A stretch of 64,000 nucleotides of DNA from Vicugna vicugna (taxonomy: Eukaryota). Below, piece after piece: positions 58,501 to 63,005 of the stretch (within the stretch, counting starts at the first letter, position 1; the number at the start of each line of letters is the position of its first letter). The notes under the pieces were generated by a model. That model was given only the letters and a program-made list of their open reading frames with translations. It was not told where the DNA came from and searched no databases. Location: contig MU058045.1 of NCBI GenBank assembly GCA_013265495.1, forward strand, positions 531,986-595,985, written 5' to 3'. Made by a program: the position numbers and the translations under genes.

Positions 58501-61292
58501 CGTGGGGGTGTGGTGAGTAGGGCAGAGGGCACATCCGAGTGTGGGGTGGACAGGGTTGGGGGCGGGGGCAAGTATGATGGGGACTCCAGACCCAGAGGGT
58601 AAGGCCCGAGGCTCCAGCTAGCGAGTAGAGGAAAACTGGCAGGAGCAGGTGCACGACAAGCCCCCCCAGGCTGCGGGGAGTAACTTGCCTCAAGCCCCCC
58701 CTGCCTGGGCTTGACGACTGATAGACATCGTCTTTCACCACCTCTCAGGCCCCTCCTTCCCCAGCCCGAATTCCGTGGTCACCATTACACTCTCTCCCTT
58801 GCACACACCCTCGGCCCCTTTGCTCCCACCCTGCTCGGTGTGGTGTTTGCTCTCTGGTTAGAGCTAGCTGTCCTTTCCCTCTGTCCCTTTGTGGTCTGTG
58901 CAGCTGAACGTGGCTGGAGAAAAACACACCCACACTGACTAGAATCGCTTTCAATTCACGACCATTCACCTCAAGTGGGTCCTTAAAGCTGCCAACTATA
59001 CCACAGTTCCCTGGGCCAGTCACCACCCCTCCTTGGATAACAGTTTCATTCCTTTTGCCACCTTCATCTCACCTTTCATCTGGATTTTAGTAAGAGCCTC
59101 TGCTGCCCCTAATTTCTCAACACAGCGACCAGAGAGATGCTTTTAAAGTGGATGCCCCGTCATTGATGTTACTCTCCCACTGCCAAACTCCTCACTCCAT
59201 CTACTCCAGCTGCACAGGCCTCCTCCTGTCACAGGCATGTTCCACCTCAGGGCCTTTGCACTGGCTGTTCCTTCTGCCAGAAGATTGTTCCCCCAGGTGT
59301 AGACTGAGCCCTCTCTCCCCTCCTTCAAGTCTCGATTCAAGTCTCACCTCACTGAGACCTCCTTGACTTTCTCATTTAATACTCCAAACTTCCAACCTCC
59401 CTTATGTTCCTCAACTTAGTCTTTTTTCCTGTGGCACTATCATCTTTAACGTACTAGACAATTTACTTAGTATGTTTTTGGTTCATTATCTGCTGTCCCA
59501 TGTTGGAATGTAAGCTTCTCAAGGGCAAAGACATTTGTCTGTTTTGTTCAGTAGTGTGTCCCAGGTGCTTAGAACACATAGTTGGTGAACAATAAATATT
59601 TGTTAAAGAGAGTAAATAAGTGAGTGAACAGTTTGTGCTTCTCTCAAGGATGAGGTTACAATCGAAATCATCTGGGTAGGAGACATTACTGCCAGGCAAC
59701 CACCAGAGGGCGCCCGCTTCCTGACTTTGGGCTCTGTGGTCTCGGCACAGCATCTGAGAGACCTAGGCACCCCGCCCCCCCAATTTATTCCCCAGTAAAG
59801 ATAGATTCCAGTCCATCTCAGATTCCTGTCTTCACTTCTTCACTTCGTTTCATGCAATACTCACCTTGGCTTTTCCACCTTAAATATATATATTAAAATA
59901 ATAATTACATATATAATAAAATAAAAAATAATTATTTGGGGATGTTCCTGGTCAATCCTTTCCCCCTCTCTCATTCCCTCCAAGGTCCTGGATCGTGAGG
60001 GCCAAATGGATAACCCCTGTACCAGCTGGCTCGCAGATGCCTACTGGGATAACATCACAGAGCTGGACAAACTGACCAACTTCCATGGGCTCATGAACTC
60101 CTTTGAACAGTATCCTCGTGACTGGCACCTGTGGTACACCAGTGCCACCCCCGAGAAGGCTATGCTGCCAGGTGTCTGGGCGCTGAGCCTCTCTCTCCTG
60201 CCCTCCTTCAGCCATGTGCCTGCTCCTCCCTTTCTTCTTCCTCCCCTCTCCCAAGTTCCCTCAGTACATCTGCCTCCCAGCCAGGCCAGGCCAAGCGTTC
60301 CTACAGGTGCCACTCTGTCTAGATCCCCTGCTCTTCCCGACTCACTCTCCTTGCAATTACTCACTTCATTCCCAGGTGAGTGGGAGAATGCCTGCAATGA
60401 AATGCAACGGATGCTGATCGTTCGCTCCCTGCGCCAGGATCGCGTGGCATTCTGCGTAACCTCCTTCATTGTCTCCAACCTTGGCTCCCGCTTCATCGAG
60501 CCGCCTGTGCTAAACATGAAGTTGGTCAGTGGCTTGGTTTCCTTGCCCACACGTGCCCATGCCCTTCCCACCTCCCTCTCCCTGTTCCAGTCTGTCATTG
60601 CATTTCCTCAGTCTCTCTCTCCCACTGCCTTATGTTGTGGCCCTCTGCCTGAGGCCATGCCCTGTGCTTCCAGCAGGTGATGGAGGATTCAGCCCCACGG
60701 ACCCCACTTGTATTCATCCTGTCCCCCGGTGTGGACCCCACCAGTGCCTTGCTCCAGCTGGCAGAGCACACAGGCATGGCTCAGCGCTTCCACGCCCTGT
60801 CCCTGGGCCAGGGCCAGGCCCCCATCGCAGCTCGGCTCCTCCGAGAGGGTGTGATTCAGGGTCAGTGTCCACCCCATTCTTCTACCCCCATCCCTGGCCC
60901 TGGCCTGACTGCCCACCACCTCCAGCCTCAGTCATGCTGCTGTAACTGCAGCTCCTGCTTCTCCAGAAGGCCCCAGGAGTGGCAGACCTGAGCATTTGGA
61001 CCCCACCCCTCAACCGCCACACACCCACAATAAGGTGGAAAGTGGAGGGGACAGATGGGGTGCAGCGAATGGTTCCTGCTGCATCCAACATCCCCTTGCA
61101 GGACACTGGGTGTTCCTGGCTAACTGCCACCTGTCACTGTCGTGGATGCCTAATCTGGACAAACTGGTGGAACAGCTGCAGGTGGAGGATCCTCACCCTT
61201 CCTTCCGCCTCTGGCTCAGCTCCAGTCCCCACCCGGACTTCCCCATCTCAATCTTGCAGGCCAGCATCAAGATGACCACAGAGCCACCAAAG
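1307..61292 (+). CDS. DNAH2: Dynein axonemal heavy chain 2, partial multi-exon CDS (75 exons in window, 11,700 nt, ~3,900 aa; both ends outside window)
   Basis: All exons have AG/GT boundaries and consistent phases, giving one open frame. Dynein motifs: [26 protein letters not shown]1 GPAGTGKT (30113-30136) and CFDEFNR, AAA2 GCTGSGKT (33612-33635), AAA3 GPVGTGKT (37513-37536), AAA4 GIGGSGRQ (41309-41332), stalk/MTBD, IDPQ, LSPGVDP. Paralogue assigned by recognising DNAH2-like peptides such as [29 protein letters not shown]. Confidence 0.96.
2074..2184 (+). CDS. DNAH2: DNAH2 exon w2
   Basis: tag|[15 protein letters not shown]...VQRLE|gtgagt; 111 nt. Confidence 0.92.
2355..2593 (+). CDS. DNAH2: DNAH2 exon w3
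   Basis: cag|[14 protein letters not shown]...LAQQIQ|gtttgt; 239 nt. Confidence 0.92.
3534..3725 (+). CDS. DNAH2: DNAH2 exon w4
   Basis: cag|[13 protein letters not shown]...LTSLFRK|gtgtgt; 192 nt. Confidence 0.92.
4395..4552 (+). CDS. DNAH2: DNAH2 exon w5 (possible cassette with w6)
   Basis: cag|[13 protein letters not shown]...AQMHT|gtatga; 158 nt. Confidence 0.85.
5025..5112 (+). CDS. DNAH2: DNAH2 exon w6 (possible cassette with w5)
   Basis: cag|[29 protein letters not shown]|gtgggg; 88 nt. Confidence 0.85.
5455..5660 (+). CDS. DNAH2: DNAH2 exon w7
   Basis: cag|[14 protein letters not shown]...HEDYN|gtgaca; 206 nt. Confidence 0.93.
5820..6015 (+). mobile_element. MIR SINE
   Basis: MIR core motifs tgtgactctgggcaaatt ... 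gttttgaggaataaatg ... atgtaaagc ... tggcac. Confidence 0.7.
6112..6241 (+). CDS. DNAH2: DNAH2 exon w8
   Basis: cag|[13 protein letters not shown]...RLATRE|gtgccg; 130 nt. Confidence 0.9.
6495..6677 (+). CDS. DNAH2: DNAH2 exon w9
   Basis: cag|[13 protein letters not shown]...IDRVMN|gtaagc; 183 nt. Confidence 0.92.
7147..7361 (+). CDS. DNAH2: DNAH2 exon w10
   Basis: cag|[12 protein letters not shown]...DVNFD|gtacga; 215 nt. Confidence 0.9.
7607..7669 (+). promoter_or_regulatory. CTCF-like motif(s)
   Basis: tgCCACTAGATGGCcg at 7607-7622 and a weaker gCCACCGAGGGGGCtc at 7654-7669. Confidence 0.5.
7927..8063 (+). mobile_element. tRNA-Ala-derived SINE (vic-1-like)
   Basis: gggagggtatagctaaagtggtagtgcgcatgcttagcatgcac...ggttcaatcccc; (AAAC)n and A tail; degenerate TSD aagttgcagaaga / aagatacagaaga. 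Confidence 0.88.
9330..10140 (-). mobile_element. Old L1 (L1ME-like) 3' fragments
   Basis: Typical antisense L1 3' phrases such as tttttcatggcttatagcatcccatagtttgg and cctactgttgatggactta. Confidence 0.55.
10260..11600 (-). mobile_element. Decayed Gypsy-type LTR retrotransposon pol fragment (RT + RNase H; MamGyp-like)
   Basis: Collinear minus-strand peptides: [97 protein letters not shown]; many frameshifts and stops. Confidence 0.8.
12600..13870 (-). mobile_element. Purine-rich degenerate LINE (L2-like) remnant
   Basis: Long G/A-skewed tract typical of antisense L2; family call from composition only. Confidence 0.45.
13905..14070 (-). mobile_element. tRNA-Ala-derived SINE (vic-1-like)
   Basis: tactggggattgaacccaggacc...ctactactgagctataccctccccc preceded by T-rich tail and gggggtaatta. 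Confidence 0.88.
14200..15360 (-). mobile_element. Old L1/HAL1-like ORF1 and 5' region remnant
   Basis: T-rich antisense ORF1-like phrases (tcaactttatctt, aactttcaagagctctc, tcttgtttctgtttcacagatgc). Confidence 0.5.
15521..15667 (+). CDS. DNAH2: DNAH2 exon w11
   Basis: aag|[13 protein letters not shown]...ARDYN|gtgggc; 147 nt. Confidence 0.92.
16153..16370. mobile_element. hAT-Charlie MITE (MER3-like)
   Basis: tgtccaatatggtagccacta...aaattcagtt...catttcaagt...agccac...gaaagtcttattgga. Confidence 0.75.
16475..16631 (+). CDS. DNAH2: DNAH2 exon w12
   Basis: cag|[13 protein letters not shown]...IHASK|gtgggc; 157 nt. Confidence 0.92.
16886..17125 (+). CDS. DNAH2: DNAH2 exon w13
   Basis: cag|[12 protein letters not shown]...NDGPE|gtaggg; 240 nt. 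Confidence 0.92.
17418..17606 (+). CDS. DNAH2: DNAH2 exon w14
   Basis: cag|[13 protein letters not shown]...GGVAQ|gtaggg; 189 nt. Confidence 0.92.
17803..17950 (+). CDS. DNAH2: DNAH2 exon w15
   Basis: cag|[12 protein letters not shown]...IHTIV|gtaagt; 148 nt. Confidence 0.92.
18415..18607 (+). CDS. DNAH2: DNAH2 exon w16
   Basis: aag|[12 protein letters not shown]...DADIA|gtaagg; 193 nt. Confidence 0.9.
19100..19330 (+). mobile_element. MIR SINE
   Basis: gaaatcccagctccaccgcttactcgccgtgt...gcctcagtgtcctgtgaaat...aagtgctttgtaaact. Confidence 0.7.
19999..20199 (+). CDS. DNAH2: DNAH2 exon w17
   Basis: cag|[12 protein letters not shown]...QENAE|gtacgg; 201 nt. Confidence 0.9.
20287..20443 (+). 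CDS. DNAH2: DNAH2 exon w18
   Basis: tag|[12 protein letters not shown]...VPVQDS|gtgagt; 157 nt. Confidence 0.9.
20801..20975 (+). CDS. DNAH2: DNAH2 exon w19
   Basis: cag|[12 protein letters not shown]...EFELQ|gtaccc; 175 nt. Confidence 0.92.
21401..21564 (+). CDS. DNAH2: DNAH2 exon w20
   Basis: cag|[12 protein letters not shown]...QNLEK|gtggtg; 164 nt. Confidence 0.92.
21678..22700 (-). mobile_element. L1 (L1MB-like) 3' end, interrupted by a Tigger MITE
   Basis: agtggcatttagtacattcacaat, tggacatttggcttgtttccac, tttaacttgttgaggaacctcc, ttgtggttttgatttgcat. Confidence 0.8.
21894..22135. mobile_element. TcMar-Tigger MITE (MER8-like), 242 bp
   Basis: Terminal inverted repeats cagttgacc...ggtcaactg flanked by TA target-site duplications (21892-21893 and 22136-22137). 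Confidence 0.85.
22872..23033 (+). CDS. DNAH2: DNAH2 exon w21
   Basis: aag|[12 protein letters not shown]...AKEYK|gtgcat; 162 nt. Confidence 0.9.
23117..23220 (+). CDS. DNAH2: DNAH2 exon w22
   Basis: cag|[12 protein letters not shown]...NPALRE|gtgagg; 104 nt. Confidence 0.92.
24109..24260 (+). mobile_element. tRNA-Ala-derived SINE (vic-1-like) with (TAAT)n tail
   Basis: gggtatagctcaaagtggtagagtgcatgcttagcatgcatgaggtcctgggttcaatccccagtacctcc; (TAAT)n at about 24230-24256. Confidence 0.9.
24365..24521 (+). CDS. DNAH2: DNAH2 exon w23
   Basis: cag|[12 protein letters not shown]...LAIEL|gtagga; 157 nt. Confidence 0.92.
24675..24757 (+). CDS. DNAH2: DNAH2 exon w24
   Basis: cag|[12 protein letters not shown]...GHHRL|gtagag; 83 nt. 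Confidence 0.9.
24858..25038 (+). CDS. DNAH2: DNAH2 exon w25
   Basis: cag|[12 protein letters not shown]...QWMYLE|gtcagg; 181 nt. Confidence 0.92.
25417..25555 (+). CDS. DNAH2: DNAH2 exon w26
   Basis: cag|[13 protein letters not shown]...STHYP|gtttga; 139 nt. Confidence 0.92.
25735..25980 (+). mobile_element. MIR SINE
   Basis: gaatggttaagagaatgggatatggagtcagacagacttgagttcaaaatctgactc. Confidence 0.75.
27459..27676 (+). CDS. DNAH2: DNAH2 exon w27 (linker)
   Basis: cag|[11 protein letters not shown]...[16 protein letters not shown]...RMQK|gtctat; 218 nt. Confidence 0.92.
27950..28051 (+). CDS. DNAH2: DNAH2 exon w28
   Basis: cag|[13 protein letters not shown]...EGPVE|gtgagt; 102 nt. Confidence 0.92.
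28380..28505 (+). CDS. DNAH2: DNAH2 exon w29
   Basis: cag|[12 protein letters not shown]...EWAGQ|gtgagc; 126 nt. Confidence 0.92.
28810..28920 (+). CDS. DNAH2: DNAH2 exon w30
   Basis: cag|[11 protein letters not shown]...MKKKQ|gtgggg; 111 nt. Confidence 0.92.
29218..29406 (+). CDS. DNAH2: DNAH2 exon w31
   Basis: cag|[12 protein letters not shown]...QLRFYWEK|gtgcgg; 189 nt. Confidence 0.92.
29848..29951 (+). CDS. DNAH2: DNAH2 exon w32 (AAA1 start)
   Basis: cag|[10 protein letters not shown]...[19 protein letters not shown]|gttggc; 104 nt. Confidence 0.93.
30058..30247 (+). CDS. DNAH2: DNAH2 exon w33 (AAA1 Walker A)
   Basis: cag|[11 protein letters not shown]...[10 protein letters not shown]...GLAQ|gtcagt; 190 nt. 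Confidence 0.94.
30764..30944 (+). CDS. DNAH2: DNAH2 exon w34 (AAA1 Walker B)
   Basis: cag|[13 protein letters not shown]...FITMNP|gtaagg; 181 nt. Confidence 0.93.
31659..31786 (+). CDS. DNAH2: DNAH2 exon w35
   Basis: cag|[13 protein letters not shown]...FGNCK|gtattc; 128 nt. Confidence 0.93.
32135..32287 (+). CDS. DNAH2: DNAH2 exon w36
   Basis: cag|[10 protein letters not shown]...QDHYDFGLR...SDEE|gtggat; 153 nt. Confidence 0.92.
32548..32673 (+). CDS. DNAH2: DNAH2 exon w37
   Basis: cag|[13 protein letters not shown]...IDYGK|gtattt; 126 nt. Confidence 0.92.
33492..33710 (+). CDS. DNAH2: DNAH2 exon w38 (AAA2 Walker A)
   Basis: cag|LRETIEQ...GCTGSGKT...NIVR|gtatgg; 219 nt. Confidence 0.92.
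33929..34046 (+). CDS. DNAH2: DNAH2 exon w39
   Basis: tag|[16 protein letters not shown]...EWTDG...TACA|gtaccc; 118 nt. Confidence 0.92.
34257..34393 (+). CDS. DNAH2: DNAH2 exon w40
   Basis: aag|[16 protein letters not shown]...AMPEQ|gtgtgg; 137 nt. Confidence 0.92.
34898..35035 (+). CDS. DNAH2: DNAH2 exon w41
   Basis: tag|[23 protein letters not shown]...KRPK|gtgtga; 138 nt. Confidence 0.92.
35123..35281 (+). CDS. DNAH2: DNAH2 exon w42
   Basis: tag|[12 protein letters not shown]...PENG|gtgagc; 159 nt. Confidence 0.92.
35290..35460. promoter_or_regulatory. Candidate intronic regulatory element (GC box, X-box-like, NRF1 motif)
   Basis: gggcgg at about 35296; GTTCCCGGGACAAC 35315-35328; TGCGCATGCGCG 35443-35454; locally CpG-rich. 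Confidence 0.4.
36628..36780 (+). CDS. DNAH2: DNAH2 exon w43
   Basis: cag|[11 protein letters not shown]...SFPNK|gtcagg; 153 nt. Confidence 0.92.
36978..37069 (+). CDS. DNAH2: DNAH2 exon w44
   Basis: cag|[11 protein letters not shown]...WRYPP|gtgaga; 92 nt. Confidence 0.9.
37413..37611 (+). CDS. DNAH2: DNAH2 exon w45 (AAA3 Walker A)
   Basis: cag|[12 protein letters not shown]...GPVGTGKT...MSAQ|gtgtgt; 199 nt. Confidence 0.93.
37751..37975 (+). CDS. DNAH2: DNAH2 exon w46
   Basis: cag|[11 protein letters not shown]...FMDDLNMP...KYIR|gtaagc; 225 nt. Confidence 0.93.
38660..38810 (-). mobile_element. tRNA-Ala-derived SINE (vic-1-like)
   Basis: gtactggggattgaacccaggacctcatgcatgctaagcacacactctgccactgagctataccctccc with T-rich tail. 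Confidence 0.88.
39063..39167 (+). CDS. DNAH2: DNAH2 exon w47
   Basis: tag|[15 protein letters not shown]...TFPT|gtgcgg; 105 nt. Confidence 0.92.
39460..39840. mobile_element. Palindromic hAT MITE (MER96B-like)
   Basis: Inverted arms ctcagaaatcaag / cttgatttctgag; termini gaggcgagcaaggc... and ...actcccctaaccctagtctctgccttg. Confidence 0.7.
39889..40077 (+). CDS. DNAH2: DNAH2 exon w48
   Basis: tag|[11 protein letters not shown]...[11 protein letters not shown]|gtgaag; 189 nt. Confidence 0.92.
40277..40362 (+). CDS. DNAH2: DNAH2 exon w49
   Basis: cag|[12 protein letters not shown]...LWIHECF|gtgagg; 86 nt. Confidence 0.92.
40494..40624 (+). CDS. DNAH2: DNAH2 exon w50
   Basis: cag|[11 protein letters not shown]...PPIF|gtgagc; 131 nt. 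Confidence 0.92.
40764..40913 (+). CDS. DNAH2: DNAH2 exon w51
   Basis: cag|[12 protein letters not shown]...EAVEH|gtgagc; 150 nt. Confidence 0.92.
41256..41423 (+). CDS. DNAH2: DNAH2 exon w52 (AAA4 Walker A)
   Basis: cag|[27 protein letters not shown]...EFRD|gtaagg; 168 nt. Confidence 0.93.
41644..41804 (+). CDS. DNAH2: DNAH2 exon w53
   Basis: cag|[10 protein letters not shown]...SSGEVPNLY...DEFEE|gtgcga; 161 nt. Confidence 0.92.
42086..42225 (+). CDS. DNAH2: DNAH2 exon w54
   Basis: cag|[12 protein letters not shown]...[15 protein letters not shown]|gtgact; 140 nt. Confidence 0.92.
42505..42915 (-). mobile_element. L1 3' end (L1MA/MB-like)
   Basis: Minus ORF 42621-42881, [29 protein letters not shown]..., is the characteristic L1 ORF2 3'-end remnant, followed by 3'UTR. 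Confidence 0.85.
43030..43215 (-). mobile_element. MIR SINE
   Basis: ccaggctctgtgctaagcattt...cccatcttagagatgaggaaactga. Confidence 0.75.
43372..43504 (+). CDS. DNAH2: DNAH2 exon w55
   Basis: cag|[18 protein letters not shown]...TQEN|gtgagg; 133 nt. Confidence 0.92.
43617..43756 (+). CDS. DNAH2: DNAH2 exon w56
   Basis: cag|[11 protein letters not shown]...[11 protein letters not shown]...GYK|gtatga; 140 nt. Confidence 0.92.
45071..45281 (+). CDS. DNAH2: DNAH2 exon w57 (stalk CC1)
   Basis: cag|[12 protein letters not shown]...DEQQK|gtgccc; 211 nt. Confidence 0.92.
45477..45593 (+). CDS. DNAH2: DNAH2 exon w58
   Basis: tag|[12 protein letters not shown]...[10 protein letters not shown]|gtattg; 117 nt. 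Confidence 0.92.
45768..45909 (+). CDS. DNAH2: DNAH2 exon w59 (MTBD)
   Basis: cag|[16 protein letters not shown]...AKRQL|gtaagc; 142 nt. Confidence 0.92.
46039..46167 (+). mobile_element. Full-length tRNA-Ala-derived SINE (vic-1-like) with TSD
   Basis: 14-bp TSD aagagcacagagcc (46025-46038) / aagagcacaaagcc (46168-46181); A and B boxes; poly-A tail. Confidence 0.92.
46745..46914 (+). CDS. DNAH2: DNAH2 exon w60 (MTBD)
   Basis: cag|[14 protein letters not shown]...LCMWVRAME|gtgagc; 170 nt. Confidence 0.92.
47031..47147 (+). CDS. DNAH2: DNAH2 exon w61 (stalk CC2)
   Basis: tag|[13 protein letters not shown]...KLRE|gtgagc; 117 nt. Confidence 0.92.
48370..49500 (-). mobile_element. Highly decayed L2/CR1-clade LINE RT remnant
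   Basis: Collinear degenerate motifs with plausible spacing: DL..AAFD (49163-49191), GGP/GVPQG-like (~48995), DDT-like (~48890), FKL (~48795), LGV (~48585), SR.D.C (~48385). Confidence 0.5.
49750..51960 (+). mobile_element. Old L1 fragments (ORF1-like and 3' end)
   Basis: A-rich sense strand; aaatgtccatcagtagga...ataaattatgg...aaaaagaatgaggcag at about 50900-50990. Confidence 0.6.
52312..52599 (+). mobile_element. Two nested tRNA-Ala-derived SINEs (vic-1-like)
   Basis: Head 1 at 52312, head 2 at 52407, two ctaattacctccc tail motifs; outer degenerate TSD aaaaatattccttgga / aaaaaaatcccttgga. Confidence 0.88.
52935..53545 (-). mobile_element. L1 3'UTR (L1MA9-like), interrupted by a SINE
   Basis: ccttgtgatgagaactcttaagatttactctctt...tacaactggaagtttgtacc...cacaaatctga. 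Confidence 0.75.
53287..53413 (-). mobile_element. tRNA-Ala-derived SINE (vic-1-like) inside L1
   Basis: ggggattgaacccaggacctcatgcatgctaagc...; flanked by ctgattt on both sides. Confidence 0.85.
54148..54312 (+). CDS. DNAH2: DNAH2 exon w62
   Basis: cag|[10 protein letters not shown]...[11 protein letters not shown]|gtgaga; 165 nt. Confidence 0.92.
54846..54971 (+). CDS. DNAH2: DNAH2 exon w63
   Basis: cag|[12 protein letters not shown]...SYMGPF...IWIRK|gtgagg; 126 nt. Confidence 0.92.
55107..55255 (+). CDS. DNAH2: DNAH2 exon w64 (AAA5)
   Basis: cag|[10 protein letters not shown]...WNIQGLPSD...TRGN|gtaagg; 149 nt. Confidence 0.92.
55329..55395 (+). CDS. DNAH2: DNAH2 exon w65
   Basis: cag|[22 protein letters not shown]|gtataa; 67 nt. 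Confidence 0.92.
55525..55675 (+). CDS. DNAH2: DNAH2 exon w66
   Basis: tag|[11 protein letters not shown]...SVARI|gtcagg; 151 nt. Confidence 0.92.
55926..56074 (+). CDS. DNAH2: DNAH2 exon w67
   Basis: cag|[13 protein letters not shown]...NPHYSPE...AVKEQ|gtggct; 149 nt. Confidence 0.92.
56245..56378 (+). CDS. DNAH2: DNAH2 exon w68
   Basis: cag|[14 protein letters not shown]...EDEIL|gtaaga; 134 nt. Confidence 0.92.
56523..56667 (+). CDS. DNAH2: DNAH2 exon w69
   Basis: cag|[12 protein letters not shown]...VARE|gtgaac; 145 nt. Confidence 0.92.
56560..57020. promoter_or_regulatory. Intragenic CpG-rich island with GC-box-rich 119-nt intron
   Basis: Intron 56668-56786 contains several ccgccc(c)tcc units; flanking exons are CpG-rich. 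Confidence 0.55.
56787..56986 (+). CDS. DNAH2: DNAH2 exon w70
   Basis: cag|[14 protein letters not shown]...IDPMYQFSL...YAVY|gtctgg; 200 nt. Confidence 0.92.
57222..57381. mobile_element. hAT-Charlie MITE (MER5A-like)
   Basis: cagcgtttctcaaa...cttgttaaaatgcaaat...gattcagtagatctggg...ctttgagtagcaag. Confidence 0.8.
58386..58512 (+). CDS. DNAH2: DNAH2 exon w71
   Basis: cag|[13 protein letters not shown]...RGGV|gtgagt; 127 nt. Confidence 0.92.
59060..59630 (+). mobile_element. L2 3' end
   Basis: tcagggcctttgcactggctgttcc...gaatgtaagcttctcaagggca...aataaatatttgtt. Confidence 0.8.
59698..59716 (+). promoter_or_regulatory. CTCF-like motif
   Basis: aaCCACCAGAGGGCGCcc is a close match to the CTCF core. 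Confidence 0.55.
59985..60171 (+). CDS. DNAH2: DNAH2 exon w72
   Basis: aag|[12 protein letters not shown]...KAMLP|gtgtct; 187 nt. Confidence 0.9.
60376..60524 (+). CDS. DNAH2: DNAH2 exon w73
   Basis: cag|[12 protein letters not shown]...NMKL|gtcagt; 149 nt. Confidence 0.9.
60677..60860 (+). CDS. DNAH2: DNAH2 exon w74 (AAA6)
   Basis: cagcag|[21 protein letters not shown]...SLGQGQ...GVIQ|gtcagt; 184 nt (may start at 60674, NAGNAG). Confidence 0.9.
61102..61292 (+). CDS. DNAH2: DNAH2 exon w75
   Basis: cag|[11 protein letters not shown]...FRLWLSS...TTEPPK|gtatgg; 191 nt. Confidence 0.92.
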
Positions 61293-61699
61293 GTATGGGT
61301 GACTGTAGGTAGCCAACATCGTTTGTGCCATCTGGTCTACCTTTCCTCCTACTGGCCTCAGAGAGAGGGCTTAATGTTAACAATGCAGCTTATTTGATTC
61401 TACTGGCCTCTATAATTCCCCACCTCCTTTCTCTCCTCTGTGTGCCAAACTCTAGAACATACTAGTAATAGCTCACATTTCTCGAGTGTTATTATGTGCC
61501 AGGCATTGTTCTAAATGCTTTATGTTAATTAATTCATTTAACAGACACACACTATCAGGTAAGTGCTGTCACTCTCGTGTCACAGGAGGACACTAAGACA
61601 AAGAGTCTATAACTAGAGTGTAGACCCTTCTGGCCCTCCCTCCTCCCGACATTTCCTTGCATTCTCTCCCTCATGTCACTGCCTGGACTCTCAGCCTCT

Positions 61700-62370
61700 T
61701 TCTCCTTCCTTCTCTCCAATTCTATTGAAATGTTTATCTTTAATATTACAGGCTCACCATTGATGCAGTCATACTGCTCCTTTAAAATCTGATCATGTTG
61801 CTACATCCTACCCACTTACCCCCTGCTTAAACTATTTTAATAGATTTTCATGGCTCTTAATCAAGATGAAAATCCTATTCACGTGGCCTGTGTACCTCAG
61901 CGGGCATGTCCCCAGCTTTGTGGGTCGCCACGCTTCCCTTTGCTTTCTTTGCTCTACCGACACCATTAACTTTTAAAGTTTTTTGTTGTTCTTCCTTGAA
62001 AGACCCTGTATTCTCCCGCCCCAGGCTTCTGCACCTGCTGCCCTCCCTGTTCTCCCTACTTCCTTTGTCCCTTCAGGTCGCAGCCCCAGCAGCACTCTGT
62101 CCGGAAGCCCCTGACCTCCAGGTCTAGGTCAACACCCAGTGACACACTCTCCTACAACCTTCACTGCTCCCTCTGACCTTACTGCTCACTGTGGGACTTT
62201 ATACGGATTAGTGTGATTCTGATTAATGCCTGACTTCTCCTGACTGTAAGCTCCATGAGGGCAGAGACCACATCTTTTTTTTTTTTTTTTGCCTCTCACT
62301 GTTTTGCTCATCCTATGACCAACACAAGGACCCGTATGTAGCAGGTACTCAGTGAACAAGGATGGCTGGC
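61700..62370 (+). mobile_element. L2 3' region
   Basis: tttaaaatctgatcatg...cccaggcttctgcacctgctg...gactgtaagctccatgagggcaga...gtagcaggtactcag. Confidence 0.7.
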
Positions 62371-62969
62371 GAGCACACACATGTGGATGTCTTTCACCAT
62401 TCATCCTCCTCACCCACCTAGGGCTGGCTGACATAGTTGACTGTCCCTCTCCCTGGTTCCCCCGACACACACTCCTGGTCCCCTCCCATCTGCCTCTTGC
62501 CACATCATTTATTACTTCTCTGTTTCTTTCCCCTCCTGTCTTGTCCTCATTCTCCATTTCCTCCTTTCACAAGTTGATGGAGAAATTGTCCTCTTCCTGA
62601 TTTCAACTCCAATCCCATCTCTGGTTCCAGTTTCAAACTCAGTTCCAGGTCTGAATTCCACCTGGTTCCAAAGCATTTCTTTCTGGCATGCCAGCACTGT
62701 AAATCCCACACTTCAAAACAAGTTGTCAGCTCCTCCACTTGGATTAGCTCATCCCATTTTTGTTAATGGCACCACTAATTTAAAAAAAAAGTTTAAAGTT
62801 GATTTTTATCTAACTTTATTTTTTCTGCCAACAAAAGTATTCTGCGCCCCCATTTTAAAGTGTCACACAGTCCAGAAATGGGTTGCCAATGTAACAGAAC
62901 TTTTTTTTTAATGCATTGTTTTGAGCCTTACTTTTGCCTTTTAAAAGAGGTGTGTGCCTTGGTTGCTAG

Positions 62970-63005
62970 AGGGCCCCCTGTTGGCTGAGCGCCCCCTCTG
63001 TGATG
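62970..63005 (-). promoter_or_regulatory. Tandem CTCF-like motifs
   Basis: Minus strand reads tCACAGAGGGGGCGCtc then agCCAACAGGGGGCcc. Confidence 0.55.

Noticed and set aside
1307..61292. Possibility that DNAH2 is a pseudogene here
   Set aside because: All 75 exon phases join into one frame of 11,700 nt with GT-AG sites, and I saw no in-frame stops.
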